A stretch of 64,000 nt of DNA. Source: Eledone cirrhosa. Lineage: Eukaryota. The notes under the pieces are model-generated. The model did not search any database and was not told where the DNA came from. It saw only the letters and a list, made by a program, of their open reading frames with translations. Location of the stretch: NCBI GenBank assembly GCA_964016885.1, contig OZ024750.1, forward strand, positions 2,790,001 to 2,854,000, read 5' to 3'. Both the position numbers and the translations under genes were made by a program. Below are positions 27,417 to 40,796 of this stretch, in pieces. Within the stretch, counting starts at the first letter, position 1; each line of letters starts with the position of its first letter.

Positions 27417-28669
27417 CTGAAAAAAACAAAACAAACAAAAAACAAATGTAATTTGGGGAAATGTTAAACATTTTTCTGATTTAAACATCATCATCATCAC
27501 CATTTGGTTTAATGTCTTCTTTACTTGTCGCAAGCATTGGATGTTTTGGTAACCTCTTTCAAAGCATGTCTCCAGATAGGTTTTTTAGTCCAGGTACAAG
27601 GCTTTCAGATCATCCCCTGGTTACCTCTTCCCAGGTCTTACATGGGTGCCCCCTCCCCCATCCACCAGGGGCCACAATCTTGGTACATCGAGGTATCCAC
27701 CCACCATTATGTCCCCAAAAAATGCAGTCTGAGTCCACGTGATCTTAAAACAAAGTTGAATGTTGGTATCTTTAATTTTTGGTAGAGAGATGCCATGTTT
27801 GAGATGTTTACACTACATATCCAGCAAACCATACCATTTTCACTTCTCTCCAATAATAGACAACTAAAATTTGGACTAGTTTTAATTACCGTTTAAAAAT
27901 ATCTTTTTATATGTAAAGTGTTAAGTCATAAAATATTCTCAAAGCCTAAAAAAATATCGAAATAAAATATAGGAAAATATAGTAGGAAAAAATGTTGTAA
28001 CACTTGGAGAATTTTATTAAATAATTTCTGGATGAACTTGGAATCATTATATTGCCAAAAATAACTTTTTTCATTCTTTATTGGAAAGTGATAAAACTAA
28101 ACCTTTGAAGGCAGTGCATTAACACAGTCAAATGAGTGAAACCAGTAAAAGAATAAAAGAAAACTATATATATAAAATTCTGCTAGCTGGTAATTCTCAT
28201 TTTCATTTGCACTGTTATTACCTTCATCAAGAGTTGTTGAGTTACATCCCAGCTGTCAAGATATTACTTTACAATAACTCATACGAGAGAAGCAATAATA
28301 CTAAAAAGCTGATAGTTTTGAAGCAAGCAGTAATTACAATTCAACTGACTCAGTGATGCTGTGCCATATACCTTCATTCCACATACTATCTATTAAAATG
28401 GTTCAAGTACTTGGTTGCTTCAGCACTTAAGAACAGAACAAACAGGAAAAAACTAGAAGCAATTATCATTTTCAGTACTTGAGCAGGGTTCCTAAACGGA
28501 ATGTGCCTTTTAAGCCTTTTAAATAAAGACGATATTAGGGATTAAGTTGGTTCAAGAAATCCCCCCCCCCCCTCCTCCTCATCATTATCATCTTCATTTT
28601 TACATCCACTTTTTCATGCTATCATGAATTGGATATGAGGCATTCTTTTGAAGCAGTAGACAGTCATTA

Positions 28670-28990
28670 AATGCTGAACTTTTTCTTCTTCTTCGTCCAC
28701 TTATTCCTGAGAGGGGGTGGAGGCAAAATCCTGAAACACTCCTCCCAGCGGGTCCTGTCAGAAGCAACTGTCTCCAACTCATCCAGCTGGATCTTCAAGC
28801 GTGACCAGCTCATGGATGTTATCCAACCATCTTGCTCGGGGTCTACTCCTGGGTCTCCTGCCGGCTGGTTTTGCCCGTAAAATCTCTCTAGTAATTCTTT
28901 CCTGAGACATTCTAACCACATGTCCTTAATATCAGGGCTGTAATCTCTCAATTTAGAGAAGTAGGGGCTATACCTGACCTCCAAACTCTA
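28670..28990 (-). mobile_element. Degenerate RTE-type LINE 3' fragment
   Basis: An alternate frame reads GHVVRMSQERITREILRAKPAGRRPRSRPRARWLDNIHEL, with stops and a frameshift. A second copy lies at 55690-55970. Confidence 0.7.
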
Positions 28991-29085
28991 CCTGGAGTGA
29001 CTCTACAAACATGCAGTGAAGACTTGAATTTTAAAAGTGGTGAAATCAGAGTTGTTTTCTATTTTTGAAGAATGTCTTGCTAATA

Positions 29086-29264
29086 ATTGTTTTTACTTTT
29101 GGCACAAGGCCAGCAATTATCCCAGTACATTACTGGTACTTTATTTTATCGACCCCGTAAGGATAAAAGGCAAAGTTAACCTCGGCGGGATCTGAACTCA
29201 GACCATAAAGGGCCGTAACTCAATGCTGCAAAGCATGGCGTCCGACCCTCTACCGATACTGCCA
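29086..29264 (-). mobile_element. tRNA-derived SINE (same family)
   Basis: Full-length homolog, about 60 bp from the exon-64 donor. Confidence 0.8.
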
Positions 29265-29321
29265 CTGTGGTTTTATATGGTACATAATATTAAGAGTTAA
29301 AATTATAAATGATTTACTTAC

Positions 29322-29396
29322 TACAAAGCTTCTTCTGTAATAATCGTAGTTTCATAGCTGTCCGATAGGCGGCAAAACGGATATTGTTGAAGTCAG
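29322..29396 (-). CDS. DMD: Dystrophin exon, equivalent to human exon 64 (EF-hand region)
   Basis: 75 bp, ttctag/gtaagt borders. Encodes (A)[24 protein letters not shown]. Confidence 0.97.
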
Positions 29397-29431
29397 CTAG
29401 AAGAAAACAACAGAATCAATAAAACTGTGTG

Positions 29432-29466
<35 letters not shown>

Positions 29467-29468
<2 letters not shown>

Positions 29469-29655
29469 CGAAGGAAATGTGGTAAGGAACCAGGTGGACC
29501 ATAACGCACCAAAGTACTCAATACTTGAGGTAGTAGAGTGGGTAATAGGAACCAGTAAGACCCCGACAGCTGAGCTCAAGCCGTTTCGACGGCTAATTCA
29601 GTCCAGAATTAGCCGTCGAAACGGCTTGAGCTCAGCTGTCGGGGTCTTACTGGTT

Positions 29656-29660
<5 letters not shown>
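29467..29660 (-). mobile_element. Fold-back element, family 2, opposite orientation, in (TA)n
   Basis: Perfect 55-bp arms (29545-29599 / 29606-29660) with a 6-nt loop. The tail is nearly identical to 58948-59025. Confidence 0.75.
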
Positions 29661-29728
<68 letters not shown>

Positions 29729-30239
29729 CTATATATATATATGTATATATATATATATCAAACACAAATTTAAATAATTTTGAAAACCATACAATGCACT
29801 AGAAAATTAAAATTGGCAAGATAACAATAGAATCTTACATTAGCAAATTTAACACTCTGTTATATATATATGTATATATATATATATATGTATATGTGTT
29901 ATATATATGTATATATACCCATGCAAGCATGGAAAAGCGGTCGTCAAAACAATGATGATGATATATATACATAAACATTGTGTATACATAACCAATCTCT
30001 CGGACTCTTACAAAACACTGAGAATATAAAGGTTGATGGGCTCATGTGTGGAGATGTTATAAAATACCTTATAAAATAGGGGGAAGACCCTAAAAAGAAG
30101 GTAACTTCTTTCTCCATCTTTTAAGGGTCTTTACGGTATTTTATAGCATCATGAGCACATCATTATCATTCTCTCTCTCTCTCTATATATATATAAAATC
30201 AGAAGTGGGAAAAGCAAAGATAGAATGTTACCTAATTTA

Positions 30240-30279
<40 letters not shown>

Positions 30280-30740
30280 TATATATACTTATATATATAT
30301 ATATGTGTGTGAGTGTGTGTGTGTATAAGCACACACATATAAAACATTATCACTGTAATTCATATTTAGGAAGTTCCTCAGTCCAAGGATTTAACCATTA
30401 TTCTGAATAATGCATATCATACTCTCAAGTAAAATTATTCAATTTTCCAGGAGGAATTTTTACAAAGCTAATGATGTGTTCGTAGTTGTTATCTTTTGTG
30501 GATATTCCTAAAAAATTTACTACCAACCAGGCAGGTAATCTTTTCAGCTGCATTAATATTACAGTATTAAAACATAAAATGTTTGGTGTATAAGCTAATA
30601 AGTTATAAATTTGTTGGTTGAAATCATAGCAATTTTTAGATACGAGAAGCTAACATGGAAAGACAATGAAAAAGAATGTAATAAAAACAATATTATCATT
30701 CATTTAGATCGGGATTATATAGAAAAAAACAACAACAAAC

Positions 30741-30802
30741 CTAGAATGTTCAACAGCTCTGTCATTTTAGGGTGGTCCCAATGAGTGGTTTCAGTAGCAT
30801 GG
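30741..30802 (-). CDS. DMD: Dystrophin exon, equivalent to human exon 63 (WW domain, second half)
   Basis: 62 bp, ttacag/gtttgt borders. Encodes [20 protein letters not shown] (human [20 protein letters not shown]). Confidence 0.96.
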
Positions 30803-31974
30803 CTGTAAAACAAAAATCACTGACTTTCAGCTTTCTTACAATTATCCCTTTTATATTTCAGGTTTTAGCGTGCAGCTGGTTTGCTATGGGGCTATGTAAT
30901 CAGCAATTACAATATCCCATCTTGAGATTCCTTAACAACAGCTTCTACTGAAGTGTACTGATCCGTGAACATAATTTGATAATTTCAGTAAAGATTAAAA
31001 AACAAAAAAAAAAAAAAATAAATAACCCACGAAAACGCCAGCAACAAATTAATCTTATTAAAAACGAACAGTAATGGATAATGTTTGATATAAAGAATTT
31101 TGAAATAATCATCTCAGTAAAATGATACACTGATGTATTCAGTATCCCTATATTGTAACCCTTATGATGAGATGTGCGGCTGATTGTCGCATGCGGGGGT
31201 AAATACCCACCGCTCTCTTCTTTTTTATGTTTTTTTTTCATTTTTATCTCTCTTTTATGCATTTATATTTGTATATATTATGTGTGCTTGTGTTTTCGTT
31301 CTGTAAGCTGTACATTATTATATTTTTATACAACTGTGAATAAAAGATTTTAAATATACTAATGAATTATTTTTCAGAAAATTCAACTTTGATTCTTATA
31401 TGAACTCCAGGAAAAAAATGTAGAAATAGAAGTTGATTGTTGTCATGTTTCTCAAAACTAGAATTGTTTTAGTTTGTAATAGTTGTAATGTTAAATAAAG
31501 AACGGTCCTCCCCCACCCCACACAACAAAGAAATATGGAAAAATACAAAAAAATACTTATTAATTTCTACAATAAATTGTATATTGAAATAACAACAATA
31601 TAAATAACAGAATAAACACTTAACCATGAATGTGTGTATACAAGATTAGTATTTTGTTTGTTATATATATACATACATCATCATCACACCATACATATAT
31701 ACATACACACACACACACACACATATGTACATACACACACATATATATACACACACACATATATATATATATGTATATATATCAGATTAATTCTTTGTTT
31801 GTTTATATCCTCTTTAAATTACTAATGATAATGTATCCTAGTTTACTGGATTAACATAGTTACAGCAAAGATAAAAATAATTATAGATTAAATACAAATA
31901 TTTACTTTTGGTTGTATTTATAAAACTGAACAAAGTCAACAGTTTTCAGTGCACACAAGACCTTTCTGATCACA

Positions 31975-32937
31975 AAACTATTGGTACACTAAACAATTGG
32001 TATACAGAACTATTGGTACACAAAACAGTTGGTACACAGAACTATTGGTATACAAAACTATTGGTACACAAAACAGTTGGTACACAAAACAGTTGGTACA
32101 CAAAACCACTGATACACAAAACGATTGGTACACAAAACGATTGGTACACAAAACAGTTGGTACACAAAACGATTGGTACACAAAACGATTGGTACACAAA
32201 ACAGTTGGTACACAAAACAGTTGGTACACAAAACGATTGGTACACAAAACGATTGGTACACAAAACAGTTGGTACACAAAACGATTGGTACACAAAACAG
32301 TTGGTACACAAAACGATTGGTACACAAAACAGTTGGTACACAAAACAGTTGGTACACAAAACAGTTGGTACACAAAACGATTGGTACACAAAACAGTTGG
32401 TACACAAAACAGTTGGTACACAAAACAGTTGGTACACAAAACGATTGGTACACAAAACAGTTGGTACACAAAACAGTTGGTACACAAAACAGTTGGTACA
32501 CAAAACGATTGGTACACAAAACAGTTGGTACACAAAACGATTGGTACACAAAACGATTGGTACACAAAACAGTTGGTACACAAAACAGTTGGTACACAAA
32601 ACGATTGGTACACAAAACGATTGGTACACAAAACAGTTGGTACACAAAACGATTGGTACACAAAACAGTTGGTACACAAAACGATTGGTACACAAAACGA
32701 TTGGTACACAAAACGATTGGTACACAAAACAGTTGGTACACAAAACGATTGGTACACAAAACAGTTGGTACACAAAACGATTGGTACACAAAACGATTGG
32801 TACACAAAACGATTGGTACACAAAACAGTTGGTACACAAAACGATTGGTACACAAAACAGTTGGTACACAAAACGATTGGTACACAAAACGATTAGTACA
32901 CAAAACAGTTGGTACACAAAACAGTTGGTACACAAAA
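31975..32937. repeat. 16-bp minisatellite, ~60 copies, two interspersed variants
   Basis: Unit TTGGTACACAAAAC(AG/GA). Confidence 0.97.
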
Positions 32938-34214
32938 CAAAAACAGTCACTAGGTACAAAATGGAAACTAATAAAAAGAAAACGACATTAAAAACAAAAT
33001 ATTGAAGGTCACCAAAAATAAAATAGTTTGGAATAAATATTTTATCAAAATAGATAAAAATAAAAATTTAAATTTCTAGAAATTTTGTTATAAACCTTCT
33101 AAAAGAGAATTTGAACTAAGTTAGGTATTTTAGTTAGATTGCTTCTAAATGGTGTGTGTGTGCGTGGGGGCACATGTGTGTTTGTGCACATATGTGTATG
33201 TACACGTGTGCATGTTGGTGTGTGTGTGTGTGTGTACACAAATGCATAATATTTATTGATAAGCATTATTTATAAATTTCAATTCTTAATATTAAGCTGA
33301 AATTTCCCCCAAGACTCTTCTTTTATATTCTAAATTTTATTCAAATCTTCAGATTGACTCTAGAGTAACCTTCTGAAAATAAGCCATTTAAATTAACACC
33401 ATTTTATAGAAGTTGTTACACTATAATAGAAGTTGTTACACTATAAAGAAGTTGTTACACTATAAACCAATTTCTTCTGTGGCCCTAGAGTCCTTGCTTT
33501 TTCTCTCATTTATGTCTTCTATAGTCTTTTCCTCTACTTTCGTAAATCCAACACCCTTACCACTAGGCCACACACTTCCACAGTTAAATCATTGGTCTTG
33601 TTAATTCTCATTAATAAAATACCATCTGCACTCTGGTTATTATACAACAACAACAACAACAGCAGCAGCAGCAGCAACAGCAACTATACAACAACAACAA
33701 CAACCACAATAACAACAACAATAACAACAACAGCAACTATACAACAACAATAACCACAATAACAACCACAACAACTATACAACAATAACAACCACAACAA
33801 CAACAACTATACAACAACAACAACAACCACTGCTGCCTTATTGCAACACCAATTTACTGTATGTTATTCTAATCAGATTACTGTTTTACTCTAGTTTTCA
33901 AAATTTCTGTTTCACTGACTTCACAGAAAGCTGAGCTGCTGTTGCTGATCAGTTGTGGACAATTGGACATTATCTGATGTAATCTCATAGAGTTGGTATT
34001 TAGTGAAAACATGCTGTGTGTATGTGAGTGACAGAGAGAGAGTGGGTGAGTGAGTGAGTGAGTGACGAGAGAGTGAGTGAGTGAGTGACGAGAGAGTGAG
34101 TGAGTGAGTGAGTGACGAGAGAGAGAGAGTGGGTGAGTGAGTGAGTGTGTGTGTGAATGAATGAGTGTGTATGTGTGAGAGAGAGAGAGAAGGAGAGAGA
34201 GAAGGAGAGAGAGA

Positions 34215-34289
<75 letters not shown>

Positions 34290-34625
34290 TGGGGTGGGGG
34301 GGGGGGGATTGAAAATACCCTAGATTTGTAAAATAAGTTCTGAATAAGATTGTGGGTAGAATTCTAAATTTGGAACCTTAAGGTATAGCATGTGTCAAGA
34401 TGATAAACTTGTATGGTTCTTTGAAATATTCAGTATTTTATCAGCAGCAGGGTTCCACTGCCATTAACTAAGAAATGGTCTAATCAAGATATATTAAAGT
34501 AAATTGCTGGTGATAAAGTTTTGTCTTGTATTTTCAGAAATCAACTGATTCCCAAAGGATGGGGGAAGGTGATACTTCCTCTTGGGAAGCTATGAGGATA
34601 GTAGGAGGGAAAAGGCAAAGAATAC

Positions 34626-34704
<79 letters not shown>

Positions 34705-34724
34705 GTATATATATCTATATATAC

Positions 34725-34832
<108 letters not shown>

Positions 34833-34841
34833 GTATATATA

Positions 34842-34884
<43 letters not shown>

Positions 34885-34887
34885 GTG

Positions 34888-34918
<31 letters not shown>

Positions 34919-34934
34919 ATATATATATATATGA

Positions 34935-35280
34935 ACATATGAGTTCAATTCTCAGACCGGGTGATGTGTTGTTTCCTTGAGCAAGACACTTTATTTCACA
35001 TTGCTCCAGTTTACTCAGCTGTTGCAGTGGAATGATAGGGACTGGTGTCCCTATCATTCCACTGCAAAGTGGTCGTGGAGGTGCCATGGCAAAAAAGCAC
35101 CCAGCACTCACTGTAAATGAGGTTGGTCTTAGGAAGGGCATCCAGCTGTAGAAATCAAGCCAGAATCAGTTCCCGTATGAGCAAGACAAGGTCAGCTGAC
35201 CGGACACTGCCCACTACAGGACAACCTGTCTAACCCATGCTAGCGTGGAAGATCGGACATAAAACGGTGATGATGATGAT
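34935..35280 (+). mobile_element. SINE with CORE-like head and RTE-type (GAT)n tail
   Basis: B-box gagttcaattc and ccttgagcaagacactt. The last ~210 bp closely match the reverse complement of 5505-5765. Related tails lie at ~12040-12290, 24075-24316, 44120-44380 and 50555-50990. Confidence 0.72.
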
Positions 35281-35669
35281 ACACACATGTATGTATATAT
35301 ATATATTTATGTCAAGTCGCTTTTCAGTGCTACTGGTAACATGTAACCCAGTACAACCTACGCATGGTTGGGTCATTGGTGATTAAACCAACAACCCCAC
35401 CAAACCTGCTTCATGAGGAGGGTGATTTTGGACATTCTGCAATGAAGTTCTTTTGTGGGAGCCTACACCAACATAATAATGCGAAAGTTAGTTATATTAT
35501 TAAATCCATCCAAATCTTTGATTATTTAAAAAAAATATTTGAAAACCATAGGCAATGTCTTCTTTCTTTAGAAATGGTGAAGAGATAATGTAGCATACAT
35601 TATCAAATTATGTCATATACTGAAATAACATTCCTTCTAGCAAGATCTCATATAAAATAAATTACTTAC

Positions 35670-35730
35670 TTGATGTAGTAAGGCACTTTATTAACTGCTA
35701 CAGATCGCTCCCATGGATTTTCCACTGAAA
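35670..35730 (-). CDS. DMD: Dystrophin exon, equivalent to human exon 62 (WW domain, first half)
   Basis: 61 bp, tttcag/gtaagt borders. Encodes (V)SVENPWERSVAVNKVPYYI(N). Confidence 0.96.
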
Positions 35731-36314
35731 CTGAAATAATATTAAATATAAATAAATATTTGGAGTCAATGAAGGATCTTTCACTGCTATTTAGTTTTAA
35801 TCCTTTTTACCCCAACCCACATCAAACTGTGGCTCTCTGATAAAACTGTCCATTTTAAAGTCTTCATATCTAAATTAAAACCTTGCATCCTATTTTATAT
35901 GAGAACTTTTTTTTATTATATTCTAAATGTCAGGAATTAGGGTTTTAATTGAAGTATTTATATTAAATGCATCTTTTTGATAACAAACAGCCAGAAACCA
36001 TCTCTGGTTCCTCAATAACTTTGATAGGTTTCTGCCAGTATTGGTCCAGACTATGTCTAACTTAATAGCACATGAAAAATATGGAAATGAAAGGGTTAAA
36101 CTAGTCAATTGGTAACTTTTAGGAATAGTAAAGGTAAAACACTGTTTGACCTAGCAATATTAATTATATTTATCTTAAAACTTTCCATCATAATTTTATG
36201 TATGAACCTTTAAGTTATGCTGCAACATGACCCTAATTATGTTATGTTACTAAATCCCCTCAAATTCTTGATTATTTTCCAAAATTATTTGAAAATCAAA
36301 TTAGTTTAACTTAC

Positions 36315-36409
36315 CAATAAGAAAATGTTGTGAATTAGGCCCAAAATCCCTCAAGGCATCTTGAAGTTGTTTCAAACGGTCCTCAATGGCTAACTGTAAG
36401 GCTTTCCAC
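36315..36409 (-). CDS. DMD: Dystrophin exon, about human exon 61
   Basis: 95 bp, ttttag/gtaagt borders, phase 2 to 1. Encodes [31 protein letters not shown] (human [30 protein letters not shown]). Confidence 0.96.
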
Positions 36410-36963
36410 CTAAAACAAAGCATTTATTAAAATAAACTGAATCAAATAACAGAACAGATAGGTGAATGTGTACTTAGATATACATATCACTTTATGGTTT
36501 AGACTTAAGTAACTAAATTAAAAAGTTCTTTTCTATGGCTGGATGCCATTCCTGATATCAACCGTATTTTTTAACTATAATATATTTGGATGAAGGTGTT
36601 GAATTGGCTGAGTCATCGATCGGATGGAATGCTTGGCAGTTTTTTTTATTTAATACCTGTATGTATAACTTATCAATTCCAATTACTTGCGCCAACCTAA
36701 CTTTGATATGTAAAATTGGGGGGTTTGCTGTGTATTCTAATGTTCTGCATATACTGCATAACTGGCTGCTCATATTGATGTTAAGGTATTCTTCTCAAAA
36801 TAAATAATATCAAAATCTCATAGATTTAGTAAAGCCTTTACCATGAAAATACAATAGTAAATATAGAGTAACGTAAATGGTAAAGGGTTGAGAAATGAAT
36901 GGTTACTAATGTATAAAACTATAAGAAATTCTTTATAAGAAACTAAGTAATCACAAAACCAAC

Positions 36964-37097
36964 CTAGTATTATAGTCTTCTAGTTGTTGAACGTTTTTTG
37001 GAGAAAGGACCACCTCAGAAGCTTGTTGTAGCTGATTAGCCTGGTCATTAACATTATCAACTTGTCCTTGGAGAGGTGCAATTCTTTGTTGGAACGC
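36964..37097 (-). CDS. DMD: Dystrophin exon, about human exon 60
   Basis: 134 bp, ttacag/gttggt borders, phase 0 to 2. Encodes AFQQRIAPLQGQVDNVNDQANQLQQASEVVLSPKNVQQLEDYNT(R) (human ALRGEIAPLKENVSHVNDLARQL...LSPYNLSTLEDLNTR). Confidence 0.94.
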
Positions 37098-38331
37098 CTG
37101 TAAACAATATAAACAAAATAGTAGCAATATTTTTTACATCAAAAACCTTGCATATCAAGGTCAGGCTGAAAAATTCATAAGCTGACTATGAAGAAGTGAT
37201 ATTAGAACTGTGAAATCTTACATTAATTTTCATACACTCAGATGGATTGTATCTGTGAATGACTCACACTATTGCAGATTTAAAAGCCTCGTCATTATCA
37301 TTAATAAAACAAGAACTTGAATTAATAGAAAACATAATATTTATTCAAATTGTTTAATTTCATATTCAAATTTTTCAATATGGGGAATATTTCTCCTATT
37401 AAAATGCTATTTTACGATTGTTGCTCCACAAAAAATTCATAAAATGTTTGATAATCTGTCTTGTTATAATTGTTATTTGACAGAATAATTGAAAGCAGGT
37501 TTTTAAAATATGCCAAAGCCAGGAAAAAACAAACAAACAATTCCCCCATTCCATAAAAAGGCTTTAAAGCTTGAATTTATTATAAAACCAAACTATACCA
37601 GTCATCTGTTAGCTATTATAGATATATTCCAAATAATCAAGATTTTGGAGGGATTTAGTAATATAACTTTCTCATTAATAAGCTACTTTTTGGAAGATAA
37701 TATAAAATTATGATGATTATATATCTCTGTAAAATCATCTTTACACCTTTCCTCATAGATTTACGCTTATTTTATTTTACAATGTTTCAAAATAGATTCA
37801 AACATTCTGCTCCATGCAGACATAAATATCTGATTTAAAAAGGAAATTTTTCTAAATGCAGCTCACAAGATTTACTTAGAGCTTAGAGTTGAACTTGTTT
37901 CTCTTCTTGAAGATAACAGTCAACGATGCTTTCATTCAGACCATCATTTCTTTTGAGACTATAATGAAGAAGTTCTTTGAGTAGCCATATTCTGTAAATT
38001 GGCAGGGTTGTTAGGGCATCAAATCAAATGTTTTGTGGTATTTCTTCCAGCTCTGTGTTTTGAGTTCAAATCTCACTGAGGTTAACTTTGCCTTTTGTTC
38101 TTTCTGGGGTTGATTAAATATTGTACCAGCCCCAGGTGGTGGTATGGCAGAATTGTTAAAGAATCAGATAAGATTCCTTGCAGTTTTTGTTCCAGCTCTT
38201 TGCATTCTGAGTTTCAATCTTGCTGTGGCCTACTTAGATGGTAGACGTCATCAGTGTCATGGTTTAGCAGCACCACCTGGTCTTTTGGTTCCACTCTTTA
38301 TGTCTGCTTTCCCTGCTAGCACCCTCTCTCT

Positions 38332-38414
<83 letters not shown>

Positions 38415-38421
38415 GTATATA

Positions 38422-38468
<47 letters not shown>

Positions 38469-38561
38469 AGTTGCGACCGATAGATAGTATTAGCAATTGG
38501 AAAGACCAACGGAAACATTGTTCCCTCGGTCCGATTTGACGAAAGTCGATCGTCTTTCTTT

Positions 38562-38631
<70 letters not shown>

Positions 38632-38708
38632 GTATATATATATGTATATATATATGTATATATATATATATGTATATATATATGTATGCAAATTAGGAGG
38701 TGTATTAT

Positions 38709-38897
38709 AATTGTTTCTACTTTTGGCACAAGGCCAGCAATTATCCCAGTGCATTACTGGTACTTTATTTTATCGACCCCGTAAGGATGAAAGGCAAAGT
38801 TAACCTCGATGGAATTTGAACTCAGACCATAAAGGGCCGTAACTCTATGCTCCATAGCATGGTGTCCGACCCTCTACCGATCCTGCCAATCCACCGC
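38709..38897 (-). mobile_element. tRNA-derived SINE (same family)
   Basis: Full-length homolog. Degenerate + strand copies lie at ~37995-38230. Confidence 0.8.
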
Positions 38898-40119
38898 TAG
38901 GAGGTGACCTATAATTAATGTCAAGGGTTTACTAACCATACACAACATCTTTCACTACATGGAGGCTCTAAAAACATTCAACTACAGAAATATTTAACTA
39001 CTTTATATCTGTCCATGTTTGTCCCCTTTTCTCTTATTTTTGTTTCTTTTGCACCCCCCCCCCCTCTTTCCTCTCTCTCTTTCTCTCTCGTTTTTTTGTT
39101 TCTTAATTACAAGGGGTTTCAAATACCTCTCCTAGTCTGCAATATCTTACTAGCTCTATACAGGCATTTAAACTGATTAAACAAATAAATAAACAGTATT
39201 ACATTTCCCTGCCCCGACTTGTAATATATACAAAAAACAACAAAAAACCATTTCATGACATTGACAATTACAAGTTATGGCTGTCGACTATTGTACTGTG
39301 AAAGAAACAGTTTAAAATAGTCTGTAGAATATATAGATAATAAATAATAAACTAAACAAACTATTTTAGTCACTGACTTATTCTAGGAGTATATTTCAGT
39401 TTTATCTTTATTCCCTGGAGTCATTCTTCTTTGATAAATTTCCTCAACTCTGTGGTTAGATTGTTTTTGTAAACCTATATAGTGAAGCAACTGAGTAAAT
39501 TTAGATATTCTTCTCACCAACTTGAAACTAGCTCCTGAATAAAGTTGGATGAAACCAAGCTATAAACTAACAAATAATATATGATAATGGAATACATTAT
39601 AACATGCGTACGACAATGAAATAGACAAGCTACACATTTAAAAACCCCTATAGTATAGTAAATGAATCTCAGAGTGTTCTACAGAGTGTAGTATATCCCA
39701 CAATATATTACACAGACACTATAGTGTATCCTATTGTATTATACAAACACTTGTACTCTTAAGTGAAGGTGCAAAGCTAAGTGGTTAGAGCATTGGATTT
39801 GCAATCATGAAGTTTCAAGTTCAATTCCTGGTCTGGGTTATACGTTATGTCCTTCAGCAAGATACTTTATTTCATGTTGCTCTTATTGCCAGAAGTTGCA
39901 ACCAGTAGATAGTATCAGTAATATAATCACCAACATTGTTTCATTGGTTCGACGAGTTCCAAAGTTAAGTGGTTAGCCCTTTTCTTACCATATTTCTAAT
40001 GAAATAAACTGTGTTTCAATTAATTTTGAAAATAATCAAATATTTGGAAGAATTTAATCCAATATCTAACTCTTTCATTAGCAAGCTGATATTTAGAACA
40101 TTACTTAAACATTTCTTAA

Positions 40120-40331
40120 CCCTTTAGCATTCAAACCAGCCATATCCGGTCAGAATTCTCTCACCTCTCTGTTCAAACTGGCTACTCACTCTGATGTTAA
40201 GGTATTGTTCTTAAAATAAATAACATCAATATCTCATAGATTCAATATTATGTGAGGTAATTATGTAAGACAATTATGCCTTTACCATGAAAATACAAGA
40301 GTATAAAGAGAGTAATGTAAATGATAACAGG
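40120..40331. mobile_element. MITE family A, nested in a family B remnant
   Basis: ttaa-ccctttagcattca ... taaatgataacagg-ttaa. Confidence 0.75.
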
Positions 40332-40624
40332 TTAAATAAAATCACGAGGAAGAACATTTTAAAATGATCATGGTGGTTTCAGGCAGTGTTCTATAAAATG
40401 GGTTGAATGAACATAAATATCGATTCCTACAAAATATTGAGTAACTGGAACTTAAAATTGTATTCTACATTAATTATTAACTAAAATTGATTTCTTTTGT
40501 GAGACTTTGTTCAGACAATTCCTTGGCATCAGTGCGATGACACAACATAGAAAATATAAGACAAACAAACAACAACAACAACAAACAAACTAAAAACTAA
40601 AATAAGAAAAAAGAGTGAACTCAC

Positions 40625-40759
40625 TTTAGTCAAGTCTATTTCTTCTTGAAGGTTCTCAATAATCACATCACCAACATGCTGCCACTTGGACTTCTCATCT
40701 TCAGATTCTTGTAGTTGTTCATTCAAATAATCCATTGCTTCATGGAAGACAGTCATTTT
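40625..40759 (-). CDS. DMD: Dystrophin exon, 3' part of human exon 59 equivalent (start of last spectrin repeat)
   Basis: 135 bp, ttccag/gtgagt borders, phase 0 to 0. Encodes KMTVFHEAMDYLNEQLQESEDEKSKWQHVGDVIIENLQEEIDLTK (human WQPVGDLLIDSLQDHLEKVK). Confidence 0.95.
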
Positions 40760-40796
40760 CTGGAAAAAGTAAAAAATATAAATAACAACAAACAAC

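Noticed and set aside
31150-31345. T-rich segment ending in AATAAA, resembling a LINE 3' UTR on the plus strand
   Set aside because: No coding remnant or second copy to support a family call.
31908-33005. ORFs of ~300 aa in all six frames; possible CRISPR-like array
   Set aside because: Head-to-tail 16-bp repeat with no unique spacers and no cas genes, in a eukaryotic intron.
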